The notes under the pieces were generated by a model. The model was given only the letters and a program-made list of their open reading frames with translations, searched no databases and had not been told where the DNA came from. Shown here piece by piece: positions 8,682 to 19,320 of a stretch of DNA of 64,000 nt. The first letter of the stretch is position 1, and each line of letters opens with the position of its first letter. The position numbers were made by a program, and so were the translations under genes. This stretch comes from a virus (lineage: Duplodnaviria; Caudoviricetes). Location of the stretch: IMG/VR virus record IMGVR_UViG_3300027857_000018, positions 294-64,293 of that record; one strand, given 5' to 3'.

Positions 8682-9950
8682 CGATGCTGATTCCTTTCCT
8701 GCCCCACGGCCTGTGCGCGCCAGAACAGCAGGTCGCGGCGGAGTTCGTCGAGTTCGGAGGAGGGAGGGGCGGTTATCGAAAGATGGCGCTTACCATCGTA
8801 GCGGCCCAAAACGTATCCGGCGGCATAGGCACATGCCATCAAAAGAAATGTTGCGAAAATGCCCATCATGTCTCCCCCGTCCCCTTTCCTACGGCACAAG
8901 CCGAGATGGGCGGCATTGGCGCTGTTCGTCCAGTGGATTTGACGAAGGACGACGACCGCGTTCTACCGCGACACCCGCGAAATAGCCGCCGGCCCAAAGC
9001 ATGACGCCAGCCACCAATATCCCGATATCGTTCAACATTCTCCTGTCCCCTTCACATACCGGAACACACCGTCGTTGCCGCGCCGCCAGAGACCGCCGAG
9101 GTTGTCAAGGAAGGTGGCGTCGTTTGGCCTAGGAGAGCAAGAAACCCGACGCACCTGAGCAATCTCACAGCCTAGCATAGTACCGAAAAGCGCACCGTAA
9201 CTGACGCCAAGAAGCCCGGCGACGCTTGCTGGATCAGCAGTCATGCCATTTTCCTCCAGCCTCGTTCGACCAACCAGCGAGCTACTCCATGGCGGCTACA
9301 ATCATCAGGATCTGATTCCTGCCATCGTTTTATTTCGTCGGCAAGTTCTCCAACGTGGTTCCAGCCTTGCGGATTAGGGTAGCCTACACTAGCGGTCCCG
9401 AGTATGCCCTGAGGGCTCACCGTCCATTCTCCACCCGTTCCCGCGCCCTCTCGACCTCCACCCTCTCGCTTGCGTCGCGGATCGCCTGGGCGACGGTGGG
9501 CAAACCGCGGTCGGAGACGAGGAGCTCGACGGCGCGGCCGAGCCATTGGAGGAGGGCGTATTCGGCTGCAGTCATTGCAGTCTGTCCAATTCTGCCTTCG
9601 TAATGGTTAGCCATTCCTGGCCAAGCCAATCAATTGCCTTGTACAATTCATCAAGCCTGTCCTCCCATGCCCCAGGATAATCGGGAAATTCCGCCACGCA
9701 ATCGTGCAGCCTTTCCACGGCTCGGCGTGCCCTCACAAGCGCGCTGTCGTATCCTGAAGAACTCATTCTTCCCCCAACACATGGTCGATCATGGCGCGCC
9801 AGGTTGCCATTGCCTGGCTAGCCTCCCTCAACGCCCGCAGCACCACCCGCACATCCCGCGCATACGTCTCCACCGTCTCCGTGGTCATCATCTCGGCGTT
9901 GTAGCCGTGGGAGACGGCGAGGGCGCGGGCGGCGCGGGAGAGGTCGGGGG

Positions 9951-10271
9951 TCACGTCCAATCGCCCTTCATCCGCCCGCTCGCCACCTCAATCCTCTCAC
10001 CTTCCCCTTCAACTAGCACAGTCGCCGTATGCTGGTCATCGTCGACCCACAGGAACTCCATAGGGGCTTCCACCAGATCACCCAGCAGCTTCTGCGTGGC
10101 TTCCACGAGGTCAACAAATACCCGGAACTCATGGAGGCATACGTCGCGGCGGTCCTCGGGAACCTTGGCGAAGTCGTGGATGGTGCTGATGTGGTAGGAG
10201 CGCCGCCTGGCGAAATCGTCACGCAGGCTGGCGATGCGGCGGATGATCTTCTCACCTTCCTCCGGGGTCAT
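9951..10271 (-). CDS. Hypothetical phage protein
   Basis: Plausible composition from MTPEEGEK; overlaps the next gene. Confidence 0.5.
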   Translation of the reverse strand: MTPEEGEKIIRRIASLRDDFARRRSYHISTIHDFAKVPEDRRDVCLHEFRVFVDLVEATQKLLGDLVEAPMEFLWVDDDQHTATVLVEGEGERIEVASGRMKGDWT

Positions 10272-10670
10272 GAACGGACCCACGCTCGCCACATTACAAC
10301 CACCATCATCGCCCCCCCGGTGATCATGCCAGCGGCAGCCGACCATTCGCCGCCAAAGATGCCGGCGCCGAGGCTGGCTAGCATGCCGGTGCTCCAGCCA
10401 TACCACCAGCCGGCTTGGCGCTCGGTCACTCCCCGATCTCCTTGCGCACGCGGATGCCTTCTATGGTTAGCGCCCAGCACTTAACCCACCGTTCAGCGCC
10501 TTCCACCCCGCGCATCTCCAACCATTGGCGGCCAGCGATACCACGACGCGTCAAGGCATCGAGCGTGCGCCACAAGGGATTCCCAGGAGAATGGCGCCAT
10601 CCCCCATCCGCCGGCAGCCAGCGCAGGGCCCGGAGCTTGGCGGGAGTGAGGGTGGGAAGCGGAGCGGCGC

Positions 10671-11099
10671 TCACGACACCCCTCCCTCGCCCGAAATCCG
10701 GCCCGTGGAAGGCGGTGAGGCGGCCGGGGCGTAACTGGGGCACGCGGAGGGGGTAGCGGGCTCTGGCGGGCCGTCTGTGGCGTTGAGGGAGCCGAGATAC
10801 CTCCACGCCGCATAAGCTTTCGCGTCAGGCTCGGCATCGCGCCCATAGAACACCGCAATGTCCACACCGCCGTCGTCGTCGATCATCTCCACGCGCCAGC
10901 CGCCGCTGATGCCGACGTTACGGGCGACGCTGACCTCGACGAAGATCCTGCTCACTCCACCCTCCACCACCTTCACGCCATCCTCCCAGACGGTCGCATA
11001 GCGGAATACGGCGTCCATCTCCCGCCCGATCCGGTGCGCCACACCCTCCCACGATGCCGATCCGATGCATGTGCTACCGGGGGGAAGCGCCGAGAGCAT
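10671..11099 (-). CDS. Hypothetical phage protein
   Basis: WRVEMIDDDGGVDIAVFYGRDAEPDAKAYA segment resembles a common alphaproteobacterial phage family. Confidence 0.45.
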   Translation of the reverse strand: MLSALPPGSTCIGSASWEGVAHRIGREMDAVFRYATVWEDGVKVVEGGVSRIFVEVSVARNVGISGGWRVEMIDDDGGVDIAVFYGRDAEPDAKAYAAWRYLGSLNATDGPPEPATPSACPSYAPAASPPSTGRISGEGGVS

Positions 11100-11171
11100 G
11101 ACGCTTGGTCCATCCGGGGCGGGGTAGCGGCCGGTCGAGCGGCCTGGGCGGCGTTGCGGGAGGTCGGGGGG

Positions 11172-11393
11172 TCATCGCTCCCTCCAAATCCGCAACCCGT
11201 CGCCTTCCTGGCGCGACACGAACCGCACGTCGGGGTGGGTTTGGCACCAGCGTGTCGCCGCATTGCGGGCGCGGATGCCATCCAAGCCACTCCAATGGCG
11301 GCTGGCACCGACGGGCCACTCCGCGAACCCGTACCGGCCGTATCGGGGCGGAGAATCGGTTGGTATCGGTATATCGGTCTGATACTCGCTCAT
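11172..11393 (-). CDS. Small putative DNA-binding phage protein
   Basis: MSEYQTDIPIP...YGFAEWPVGAS...GLRIWR. Confidence 0.6.
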   Translation of the reverse strand: MSEYQTDIPIPTDSPPRYGRYGFAEWPVGASRHWSGLDGIRARNAATRWCQTHPDVRFVSRQEGDGLRIWRER

Positions 11394-11419
11394 GTGAAGT
11401 AGCTTATCGGATTGCGGGG

Positions 11420-11580
11420 AAAATGGCAAGGGGTTTTTTGGGTGCATGGAAAACGCGTGGCTCCTGCTTGGGGGAAAGAACCCCAAGCGCTGCATGGCTT
11501 GGGTTCTTCCCCTTTAGGGGCCACATCAAACCCATGCGCTTGGCTTGTGCATGGCTTCCGCATGGGTTCAGGCTTCCCAT
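11420..11580. other. Candidate replication origin
   Basis: Directly downstream of the primase-helicase. Two inverted repeats (11471-11512, 11529-11568) and four GCATGG hexamers. Confidence 0.4.
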
Positions 11581-13649
11581 TCAATGCCAAAAGGCGTGCC
11601 TTCGGGAGAACGGATGCCCTTGGCAATCACCCGGTTTTTGCGCTTGTACGAGACCTCCTCAAAGCCAGCGTTCGTTAGGTGCGCACTCATCTCCTTTCCC
11701 CCGGCGGCGGTAGAAATCCCATTATCTCGGTATAGATTAATGATGGAGCGCGTCGTACCAGCACGGAACGTATAAGCCTCACCGTCTATCCCACGAGAAA
11801 TAGCAGCTTTTATGGTTTCAATAGTATCGAGAGAGATTGCGTCTTGGGGCGGAATCCATGGAACGGCGGCGGCCACGTCCTCCCCGTTATCAAGGGCATA
11901 CGCATCGCGTCGGAACCATTCCGCTTCCTCGATCGGAGCGTGATTGATCTTGGCACCATCGAGCCGGAAATAGAATTTCCTCCTTTCTATGGAAATTCCG
12001 AGGTTTTTCGCCTCTTCTTCCGACATTGGACAAACTGTAAATGTCACGCGAGCGGCGCCAACGATTGCGCCAGCCCCGCGTATTCCGTCCGGATCGCCGG
12101 GCACGATCGCACCTTTGCGGACGTGGTGGGCTAGGATCACCGCTAGTTTGTGGTGCTCGGCCAGCCCACGTAATTGTGCAACAACAGCCCGTAACCCTGT
12201 GTTATCGTTCTCATCAGAGGTGTGAAGCTCCACCATCGGGTCAAGCATGACGATGTCAGGCTTGAATTCCTCGATATGAGCGAGAAGATCCACCATCGCA
12301 TCCGTCAGCTTTACGCGGCCGGTCATCGCATCGCGCTCGATCAGGGTGCCGATGTCGTTTGGACCGACCGTGCGAAGGTTGGGAACGAGATCAGCCGGCT
12401 TACAGTTGAACTGCCTCACGGTCGCTGAGAGGCGTCTTCGTTCCTCGCGGAGATCATCCTCCACATTGTACGAGAGCACCCGCATGGGTTTGCATGGGTT
12501 GAACCGGTGGTATCCGACGCCCAAAATCGCAGCCACCGACCATGCCTTGAGCAGCATGGACTTGCCGACCGCGCCAGCTCCGGCCACGACGGTGACGCAG
12601 CCGCGCTCGATGTAGCCTTTCGCTAGCCATTCGCGCGGCGGGATATCGGCTTCGACCCAAGCCTCGTCGGAGTACCAAAGCGCCCGCTTAGGCAGCTTTT
12701 GCGGAGCTATGAAAGCTAGCAGCCGGTCGGCGTCCCACCCATCGCGCACCGCATCGCCAACGTCCCATCCCTCTGGGACACCATCGGGGGGTGTAAGGAC
12801 AGTAGGACGCGCACCATAGTGCGGGAGCTGCTCAGCTATATGGGCCGCTGCTTCTCTGCCTGGCTTATCGGCATCCGGCCAGATCGTGACATCCCGGTTG
12901 GAGAGCATCGCCCATTGGACGTATTTCCATGAGGCTGCTCCGTTCGGCCATGACAGTGCGATCCAATTATCGGGAAGCGTTTCGTTGGCGAGATCGCATT
13001 TTGGTTCTCCCTCGACTAGAAGGATCGGAGCGTCGGGAAACTGATGCAGGAGTTCAGCACGATAGAGGCTGCGCGGCTTCGGGAGAGATTGCCAACGCCA
13101 ACTCTCTTCCCCCGTTTTGGTATTGCGGCAGTAGGTTAACGGGACAACCTGCTTCCCTTTCTCGGGTTCGCACCGGTACACAAATGCGATGATATTGCCT
13201 TCCGTGTCCCGATAGTGGGCGACGTGCTTGGGTGCACCATGCTCGGGATGCCTAGTTGGTGGCGGCGGAGCGTTTGAAGGAATGGGAAATATACCATCCC
13301 ATTCCACCGATTCCCGCGAACGGATTGAAGTAACTTGCGCGGTCCTGGGTGTGATCTGGCTCACACCTCCAAGGATGTCGGACAATTGCTTTGCTGCTTC
13401 GATCTGGTTTATCCGGTGCATAGCGGCAAACAGACTGATGAGGTCGCCACCGCGGTCATCCGTGGAAAAGTCTGCCCAGCGTCCTGTTCGAATATTGATC
13501 GAAAGGGATTCGCCAGCAGCACCCGACAGGTCCCCAACAACAAATTCCTGGCCGCGGAATTTGCCGGCAGGAAACCACCGTTGCAGCAGATCGTTCGCCT
13601 GCGCCAATGCAGCGTGCGCTACCGACTCGAAGTCAAACGCCGTGCTCAC
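11568..13649 (-). CDS. Primase-helicase (TOPRIM plus RecA-fold AAA_25/RepA-type helicase)
   Basis: LLVEGEPK and IWPDADKPG TOPRIM motifs; GAGAVGKS Walker A; IVMLDP Walker B; HHVRK, RGAGAIVGAAR. Confidence 0.9.
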   Translation of the reverse strand: MSTAFDFESVAHAALAQANDLLQRWFPAGKFRGQEFVVGDLSGAAGESLSINIRTGRWADFSTDDRGGDLISLFAAMHRINQIEAAKQLSDILGGVSQITPRTAQVTSIRSRESVEWDGIFPIPSNAPPPPTRHPEHGAPKHVAHYRDTEGNIIAFVYRCEPEKGKQVVPLTYCRNTKTGEESWRWQSLPKPRSLYRAELLHQFPDAPILLVEGEPKCDLANETLPDNWIALSWPNGAASWKYVQWAMLSNRDVTIWPDADKPGREAAAHIAEQLPHYGARPTVLTPPDGVPEGWDVGDAVRDGWDADRLLAFIAPQKLPKRALWYSDEAWVEADIPPREWLAKGYIERGCVTVVAGAGAVGKSMLLKAWSVAAILGVGYHRFNPCKPMRVLSYNVEDDLREERRRLSATVRQFNCKPADLVPNLRTVGPNDIGTLIERDAMTGRVKLTDAMVDLLAHIEEFKPDIVMLDPMVELHTSDENDNTGLRAVVAQLRGLAEHHKLAVILAHHVRKGAIVPGDPDGIRGAGAIVGAARVTFTVCPMSEEEAKNLGISIERRKFYFRLDGAKINHAPIEEAEWFRRDAYALDNGEDVAAAVPWIPPQDAISLDTIETIKAAISRGIDGEAYTFRAGTTRSIINLYRDNGISTAAGGKEMSAHLTNAGFEEVSYKRKNRVIAKGIRSPEGTPFGIEWEA

Positions 13650-13660
13650 GGCGAAGGGGC

Positions 13661-13879
13661 TTACAGAGGCGCGACAATCACTGTGTCGAGCGCCTCTCGA
13701 TCGCGCGTCGAGCCGACGAACCTGCCATCGTCGCGTTCGCGCTCGAAGGTGTCGAGTACGCCGATTGCCATACGGACGACGTCATTGGTCGAAATGTCAC
13801 GCTTTGTTGCAATGGCCCGCACGCGAGCTGCTACGGCAGGCGGCAGGTAGACCGACAGGCGCTCCCGGGTGGCTGACAC
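13661..13879 (-). CDS. Ribbon-helix-helix (CopG/Arc-like) protein
   Basis: RLSVYLPPAVAARVRAIATKRDISTNDVVRMAI. Confidence 0.7.
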   Translation of the reverse strand: MSATRERLSVYLPPAVAARVRAIATKRDISTNDVVRMAIGVLDTFERERDDGRFVGSTRDREALDTVIVAPL

Positions 13880-14016
13880 GTCGCGGCCTCGTTTCTCGGC
13901 AGAGTTAACGTCATTTCTGCCACCCTACCACGCTCCGCGAGCGCAACACAACCGCCCGCGCGACGATCGCGGACGAAAAACGCGTGGGGGAAATGCGCCA
14001 ATGGCCGATTTAGGTG

Positions 14017-14045
14017 TTGACGGCGATGGGCCGGTGGCTTATCCT
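14017..14045 (+). promoter_or_regulatory. Sigma70-type promoter of the + strand cassette
   Basis: TTGACG-17 nt-TATCCT, flanked by inverted repeat GTGTTGAC/GTCAACAC, with AGGAGG RBS downstream. Confidence 0.6.
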
Positions 14046-14070
14046 ATTACGGTCAACACAGGAGGCTTAT

Positions 14071-14391
14071 GTGATCCGCCAAGGCGACGTACTTATCGTG
14101 CCGGTCGAGACGATCCCCGAAAACGCGCAGCCCATGGCTTCGAAGGACGGCCGCTTCGTCCTGGCCGAGGGGGAAAGCACAGGTCACGCGCACTCCATCG
14201 CGCTCTCCGACCGTATCGCAATGTTCCGGGAGGACGGCTCCGGTGGCGGCCTCTTCCTCACCGTCTCAGGCGATGCGCCCGCGGTACTCGAGCACCAGGA
14301 GCACACAGCGCTTCCGATCGCGCCCGGGAAGCATCGCGTGGTGATCCAGCGAACGTTCCAAGCGGGAATGGTTCGCCGCGTGGCCGATTGA
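14071..14391 (+). CDS. Conserved phage protein (RQGDV / EGExTGHxH motif)
   Basis: GTG start after AGGAGG; family usually adjacent to DUF6745 genes. Confidence 0.8.
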   Translation: MIRQGDVLIVPVETIPENAQPMASKDGRFVLAEGESTGHAHSIALSDRIAMFREDGSGGGLFLTVSGDAPAVLEHQEHTALPIAPGKHRVVIQRTFQAGMVRRVAD

Positions 14392-14392
14392 C

Positions 14393-15724
14393 ATGGAAAA
14401 AATCACCGAATTGACGGCCGAACAGGCCGCGATGCTCGCTGCGACGCGGGACGAGCATCTGCGGCATGGACTCTGCTGTGATCCGGCCGATCGCCCGCGC
14501 GCAACTTCAGCCTTCGAGCGAATCTACCAGCGGCTGTCGCTGAAGGCGCCGTGGGTGATCTGGGTCAGCAGCCCTCTCGGCGCGCATTTGGCGCACGCGC
14601 TGCTGACGGCGACAGGTTTCCGGGCTCAGGTCCGGGCTCAGGTCCGGGCTCAGGTCCGGGCTCAGGTCCGGGCTCAGGTCGGGGCTCAGGTCTGGGATCA
14701 GGTCGGGGCTCAGGTCTGGGATCAGGTCGGGGATCAGGTCGGGGATCAGGTCTGGGATCAGGTCGGGGATCAGGTCTGGGCTCAGGTCTGGGATCAGGTC
14801 GGGGATCAGGTCGGGGATCAGGTCCGGGCTCAGGTCTGGGATCAGGTCCGGGATCAGGTCGGGGATCAGGTCGGGGCTCAGGTCCGGGCTCAGGTCGGGG
14901 CTCAGGTCCGGGCTCAGGTCGGGGCTCAGGTCGGGGCTCAGGTCGGGGCTCAGGTCGGGGCTCAGGTCTGGGATCAGGTCTGGGCTCAGGTCCGGGATCA
15001 GGTCTGGGATCAGAAAATCGACTTCATGCCGGCCACATTATTCGGTCAGCACGACGCCGGCTGGGTTGCCTGGGTCGTGGCGGCCGTCGCGATCGGCGTG
15101 AAGCTCCGAAGCGATACTGCGGACACATTCAGGATTTTTCTGGACCTCTGCCAGTCCTGCATGTGGGCGTACTGCTTCCGGGGTGCCGTCATCGCATGCG
15201 ACCGGCCGGCAACGATTCACCGCGACGAAATCGGGCGGCTGCACAACACCTCCGGGCCGGCGATGGCGTTCCGCGACGGGTGGACGATCCATGCCGTCCA
15301 TGGCGTTCGGGTGCCGGGCTGGATCATCGAACACACCTCCAGGATCACCGTCGCCACAATCGAAAGCGAGCAGAATTCCGAGATTAAGCGGGTCATGATC
15401 GAGCTATTCGGCTGGGATCGCTACGCCCAGGAGTCCGGCGCGGAAGTCGTCGACCACGACGAGCGCTGGGGGACGCTCTATCGCCGCGTCGCCGGAACGG
15501 AACCCATTCTCTGGCTCGGCGTCATAAACCGTTCGCCGGAGCCGGATGGGTCGTTCCGGAGGTATGTGCTGCCGGTGCATCCCGAGCTGCGACTGCTCCC
15601 CGATCCAGCGCTTCCCGGAGACGATTTCGGAGCACCTCAGAAGCTCACCGCGTTCAACGCCGTCGCCAGCACGTTCGGAATGACAGGAGCCGTCTATGCG
15701 GCGCAGCTGAGCGCAGAGAGCTGA
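14393..15724 (+). CDS. DUF6745-like protein with internal QV[RGW][AD] repeat tract
   Basis: [40 protein letters not shown] motifs. Confidence 0.85.
   Translation: MEKITELTAEQAAMLAATRDEHLRHGLCCDPADRPRATSAFERIYQRLSLKAPWVIWVSSPLGAHLAHALLTATGFRAQVRAQVRAQVRAQVRAQVGAQVWDQVGAQVWDQVGDQVGDQVWDQVGDQVWAQVWDQVGDQVGDQVRAQVWDQVRDQVGDQVGAQVRAQVGAQVRAQVGAQVGAQVGAQVGAQVWDQVWAQVRDQVWDQKIDFMPATLFGQHDAGWVAWVVAAVAIGVKLRSDTADTFRIFLDLCQSCMWAYCFRGAVIACDRPATIHRDEIGRLHNTSGPAMAFRDGWTIHAVHGVRVPGWIIEHTSRITVATIESEQNSEIKRVMIELFGWDRYAQESGAEVVDHDERWGTLYRRVAGTEPILWLGVINRSPEPDGSFRRYVLPVHPELRLLPDPALPGDDFGAPQKLTAFNAVASTFGMTGAVYAAQLSAES
14627..15010 (+). repeat. 32 x 12-nt tandem repeat CAGGTC[C/G/T]GGG[C/A]T
   Basis: Counted directly; encodes [24 protein letters not shown]. 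Confidence 0.95.
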
Positions 15725-15955
15725 ATGGCGATGACCACGCAGGACTTCCGCGCCTCACTCCAACGCCTTGGCTTACGCCAGATCGACGCGGCGCCAATCC
15801 TCGGCATGAGCGCCGGCCACGTCAATCGGTGCGCGCAGGGGAAGCGCCCCGTGGCACCTCCGGTCGAGCGGCTGCTATGGGCGTTGGAGCGGGATCCGGC
15901 TCTGGTAGGCGCCGTGGCGCAGGCGTTCGCCGACGAAAAACGCCGCCCCGGGTGA
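15725..15955 (+). CDS. XRE-like HTH protein
   Basis: LGLRQIDAAPILGMSAGHVNRCAQGKRPV. Confidence 0.75.
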   Translation: MAMTTQDFRASLQRLGLRQIDAAPILGMSAGHVNRCAQGKRPVAPPVERLLWALERDPALVGAVAQAFADEKRRPG

Positions 15956-15970
15956 GGGGCGGCGTTTTTC
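15935..15970. terminator. Bidirectional intrinsic terminator
   Basis: Perfect 15-bp inverted repeat GAAAAACGCCGCCCC/GGGGCGGCGTTTTTC between convergent genes. Confidence 0.8.
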
Positions 15971-16283
15971 TTGCACAGGGACCAGAGTTTGCCGATGGGA
16001 AGGAGGTTAGCGCGGTAGCCGCCCACAGTCAATCACCTCCTGCGCCTCCCGCCACATCCTCTTCAGCTCGCGTCTCGCCTCGGCATCCGGCGCGGGCCAA
16101 GCGGGGGAGTTGGGGTAGTCCACGTAATGGCACGCAAGGCCGTCGCTGCATGCGCAGAAGGGATCGCCAAAGGGGCAGGCGCGGTCGGTCACGTCTCCCC
16201 CGCCAGTATGCAGCGGTCCATGTTGTGCGGGGTCATGCGGAAACGGCCATGCGGGAAAGCTTCGTGGAGGGGGTCGGATCTGA

Positions 16284-16478
16284 TCATGGCGCAGGCCCCA
16301 TCTTGCGGCGTTCCAGCCGTTCGGCACGGCCCTGCTCGCGTTCTAGCCACATTTCCACCGCCTGCACGATCTGCCCGGCCACCGACCCAGGCCGGCGCCG
16401 CAACTCGTCGTAGAGCGGCTGCGGGAGGCGGACGGGAACCTGGAAGGACTTGCGGGTCTGGCGCTTGGGTTGAGTCAT
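16284..16478 (-). CDS. Small RHH/Arc-like DNA-binding protein
   Basis: FQVPVRLPQPLYDELRR..SVAGQIVQAVEMWL. Confidence 0.55.
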   Translation of the reverse strand: MTQPKRQTRKSFQVPVRLPQPLYDELRRRPGSVAGQIVQAVEMWLEREQGRAERLERRKMGPAP

Positions 16479-17025
16479 GGGCGCCGCTCCAGCCAGCAGG
16501 GCTTGCCTTCCTCATATTCCAGCCACTGCTGCCAATAGAATAGCCCCCAGTTTATGGGGTACCATCCGCCGCGCAGCAATTCGCCGAAGCGTGTGAGTAC
16601 GACCAGACGGTGTTTTGGCTTGGCCATAACCGGATAGTGCCATTGCCATCGGTGGAGATGGTATGCATCTAACGCAGGGCAGAGATGCAATGCATCTTCT
16701 GATTAAATGGTTAGATGGAGTGCATTCTTCGCTCGTCAACAACAAGTTGGCCCAGCGCCTCGTGGTTCTGGGGCGGAGACAATAAATGGCTGCAAATCTC
16801 ATCAAACTCGCGAACTGCGAAGGCCGAACATTCGCTCTCGGACAGACTGTCGTCTGCCGCGGCGAATCCGAGGTTCCGAAGGTCGAAGGCACGATAATAT
16901 TTCCACCGCCGGCCCATTCCGCCCTTGCTCACCCGTGCCGGACGTGGCATAGTTGCGCAGACGACGGGACTTGGACGTCTCCCTCCCTGGAACTGGCTCG
17001 GCTGCCTTAGGCGCCGGGCCTTATT

Positions 17026-17406
17026 TTACGCCCCCCACCCCCTCGTCCTCGCCACCGCCCCCGACGCCAACACCACCTCCATCTCGATTGCCGACCCCCA
17101 CTTGCCAGCCCGCGTCCGGACCATCAGCGCCCCTTCCTCGGTCAGCGACTTCAACGCATGCGAGAGCGTATCGTTGCTCATATCCATCTCCATCGCAAGC
17201 GCGGACTTGTACGGCAGCACGCCGCCCACCGCAGCCTCCAGACGGGCCAGCACGCGCTGGGCGGACGAGCCGTAGCGGGGGCGCTGCGGAGGCGGTGGTG
17301 CGGGCTCCAGTGGCTGTGGTGGCGGGACGGAGGACCAGCCGGGCGGGAGCTGGGGGCGGAGGGATTGGCGGCGGAGCGCTTCAGCGGGCGACATCACGCG
17401 ACCCAA
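17026..17406 (-). CDS. Putative winged-helix protein
   Basis: YKSALAMEMDMSNDTLSHALKSLTEEGAL. Confidence 0.5.
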   Translation of the reverse strand: MGRVMSPAEALRRQSLRPQLPPGWSSVPPPQPLEPAPPPPQRPRYGSSAQRVLARLEAAVGGVLPYKSALAMEMDMSNDTLSHALKSLTEEGALMVRTRAGKWGSAIEMEVVLASGAVARTRGWGA

Positions 17407-17942
17407 TCAAAAAGCGGCGTTCCGAGCATAGATCTCGGCCATGCACGCCGCGGCATCGGCATGTCTTCCGGTACCATCTGCAAAGCGAGCAAGCCGCCTT
17501 GTGTCTCTCCACACGGTTTAAATCCTGCCTTCATAAACGTCCATCCCCATACCGGGTTGCCGTGCACCATCGTAGGTTTTACCTTGTCCCGATCAATGAA
17601 TGTGACCATACCAAGATCCGGCCGCGAGCCATAATAAGCCCAGGTCGCAGCGATTGCCCACCGGATCATATCAGACGCAATTCCTGCACCCTCTGACCGA
17701 AAAGCGGAACATACCCGCGCACCGGCCCAGGCGTGTTTGGTGAATTCCGCAAACGGCGCCGAAGTCACCCAGTATGCGTGACCATTGCGCGCCAGTAGGA
17801 CAAGGCACGATCCTGGCGGTACAAACTGCGGTGAATCTGGCGACTGGCGGCTGTAATGGCGATCCGCTAATCGCTTGGCGGCTGGATCGGCACGGTGCGA
17901 GAAGCACCAGGGTTGGTCTGGATGATAGGTCACGGCACCCAC
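17394..17942 (-). CDS. Conserved phage protein, possible Mom-like GNAT-fold DNA-modification enzyme
   Basis: LADRHYSRQ, CSAFRSEG, MVTFID, GWTFMKAGF motifs; fold assignment is inference. Confidence 0.55.
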   Translation of the reverse strand: MGAVTYHPDQPWCFSHRADPAAKRLADRHYSRQSPDSPQFVPPGSCLVLLARNGHAYWVTSAPFAEFTKHAWAGARVCSAFRSEGAGIASDMIRWAIAATWAYYGSRPDLGMVTFIDRDKVKPTMVHGNPVWGWTFMKAGFKPCGETQGGLLALQMVPEDMPMPRRAWPRSMLGTPLFDWVA

Positions 17943-18057
17943 CTCACCACCTCATAAATCCCCCACCACCCCAGCACTGCCCACGCCACCATCCCGACGA
18001 CGGGGCGCCAGTAGAGCAGCGGGAACGCGAGCGCGGCGAGGGGGATGAGGGCGCGAG

Positions 18058-18441
18058 TCACCTGCTCGGCCTCACCCCATACCGCACCCACCCGCCAACC
18101 GTCTCCCTATGCACACCCATCCAGTCGGCGAGCGTGCACAATCGCAGCCCGCACGCCATCCACTGCCGCATGAGGGCCACGTCGCGCATCCCCGGCCCGA
18201 CGCCGGCCGCGCGTGCCATGTCCTCTACCATGCGGCGCTGGTGGGCATTGGCCGCAGCGATCGTGGCGGCTCGGGAGGCAGCGGCACGGGCACGTGCCTC
18301 TGGTGTGTTGGCGAGAGGCAACCGCGCCTTCACGGCCGCGATGTCATAGACTTGGCGGCGGCGCTGCTCGGTCAGGCGCATACGGTTGGCGGGGATGGCC
18401 CACCAGGCGCGCATGCCTGGGTGGGAGACGAAGAGGGACAT
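18058..18441 (-). CDS. HTH-containing protein
   Basis: C-terminal LCTLADWMGVHRETVGGWVR. Confidence 0.5.
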   Translation of the reverse strand: MSLFVSHPGMRAWWAIPANRMRLTEQRRRQVYDIAAVKARLPLANTPEARARAAASRAATIAAANAHQRRMVEDMARAAGVGPGMRDVALMRQWMACGLRLCTLADWMGVHRETVGGWVRYGVRPSR

Positions 18442-18446
18442 GGGGG

Positions 18447-18905
18447 TTATGTCCCGTCGGGTAGGGAGATAGGACGCACATTGCGACCATGGCGCCAGTT
18501 CGGGTTGAGCTCTCCCCGAAAGCTGGGGCGCCGGCCTCGCTCCGTCGAATCGCGCTGATTGTCAACAGGCGTCCCAGGTAAGAGGTGCTCCGGATTTACG
18601 CATGGAGGATTGTCGCAGGCATGCCGAGCCTGTTCGCGTTGCCACTCGTCCATCGTACCATGAACGATCTCGCATACAAGGCGCGAAACCACAATCCGCT
18701 TCGGGTTCCTACGATCGATTGGCTTGCGTGGATCGCAGACGTCGGCATAGCCTCTGGAAGTTTTTGTTCTGGTCCACTCCCAGCAGCCAGACGGGGTTTC
18801 CGCCGAATAACGGCGCAGAAACGCCACGAAGGCGTCTCTACCTTCCTTTAGGGCAGCGTCCAATTCTCGCGGCAATCCACGCCGGTAACCAGCCGTCCAA
18901 TGCAT
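18447..18905 (-). CDS. Free-standing HNH endonuclease
   Basis: GCWEW...GY...RHACDNPPCVNPEHLLPGTPVDNQRD. Confidence 0.88.
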   Translation of the reverse strand: MHWTAGYRRGLPRELDAALKEGRDAFVAFLRRYSAETPSGCWEWTRTKTSRGYADVCDPRKPIDRRNPKRIVVSRLVCEIVHGTMDEWQREQARHACDNPPCVNPEHLLPGTPVDNQRDSTERGRRPSFRGELNPNWRHGRNVRPISLPDGT

Positions 18906-18908
18906 TGG

Positions 18909-19298
18909 CTAGTATCCCCCACCAAGAATGACACACTGTATCTTTTCGTTATAGTACCACGCTGCGACGACATCTGGAACATTCTTCTGATTCTTCAGAT
19001 CGACGCGCCGGTCGTCCTCAATCGGCAGCCACTTATCTGGGATTCCGCGCGATGGGTCGGGATGCTTAGGGCGTGCCTCTAGTACGTTGCCATGCTGGCG
19101 AATCGTAACGAACGCAAAGTCCCCTTCGGAGCAGCAGAATCGTCCCATGTGATCATGCTGCTTCGCAATCCATTCCTTCTCCGTCGCGGAGAATGTCGAG
19201 AGTTCCTTAGCATCCGCCGAGCCTGGTGGAGGTGGAACGGCCAATGCCAACGACGGAATTATTGCCGCCACAACGATAAGCCCACGAATCATGTTCAT
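18909..19298 (-). CDS. Exported Cys-containing protein
   Basis: Signal peptide ending ALA; CCSEGD and C-terminal C. Confidence 0.65.
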   Translation of the reverse strand: MNMIRGLIVVAAIIPSLALAVPPPPGSADAKELSTFSATEKEWIAKQHDHMGRFCCSEGDFAFVTIRQHGNVLEARPKHPDPSRGIPDKWLPIEDDRRVDLKNQKNVPDVVAAWYYNEKIQCVILGGGY

Positions 19299-19320
19299 GT
19301 CCCATAGGAGTTAGTGTTGC

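Noticed and set aside
14627-15010. CRISPR array
   Set aside because: Contiguous 12-nt units with no unique spacers, in frame inside a CDS, and no cas genes.
14551-15387. 278-aa Gly/Ser-repeat ORF
   Set aside because: Alternative-frame readout of the same repeat; the 14393..15724 frame carries the conserved motifs.
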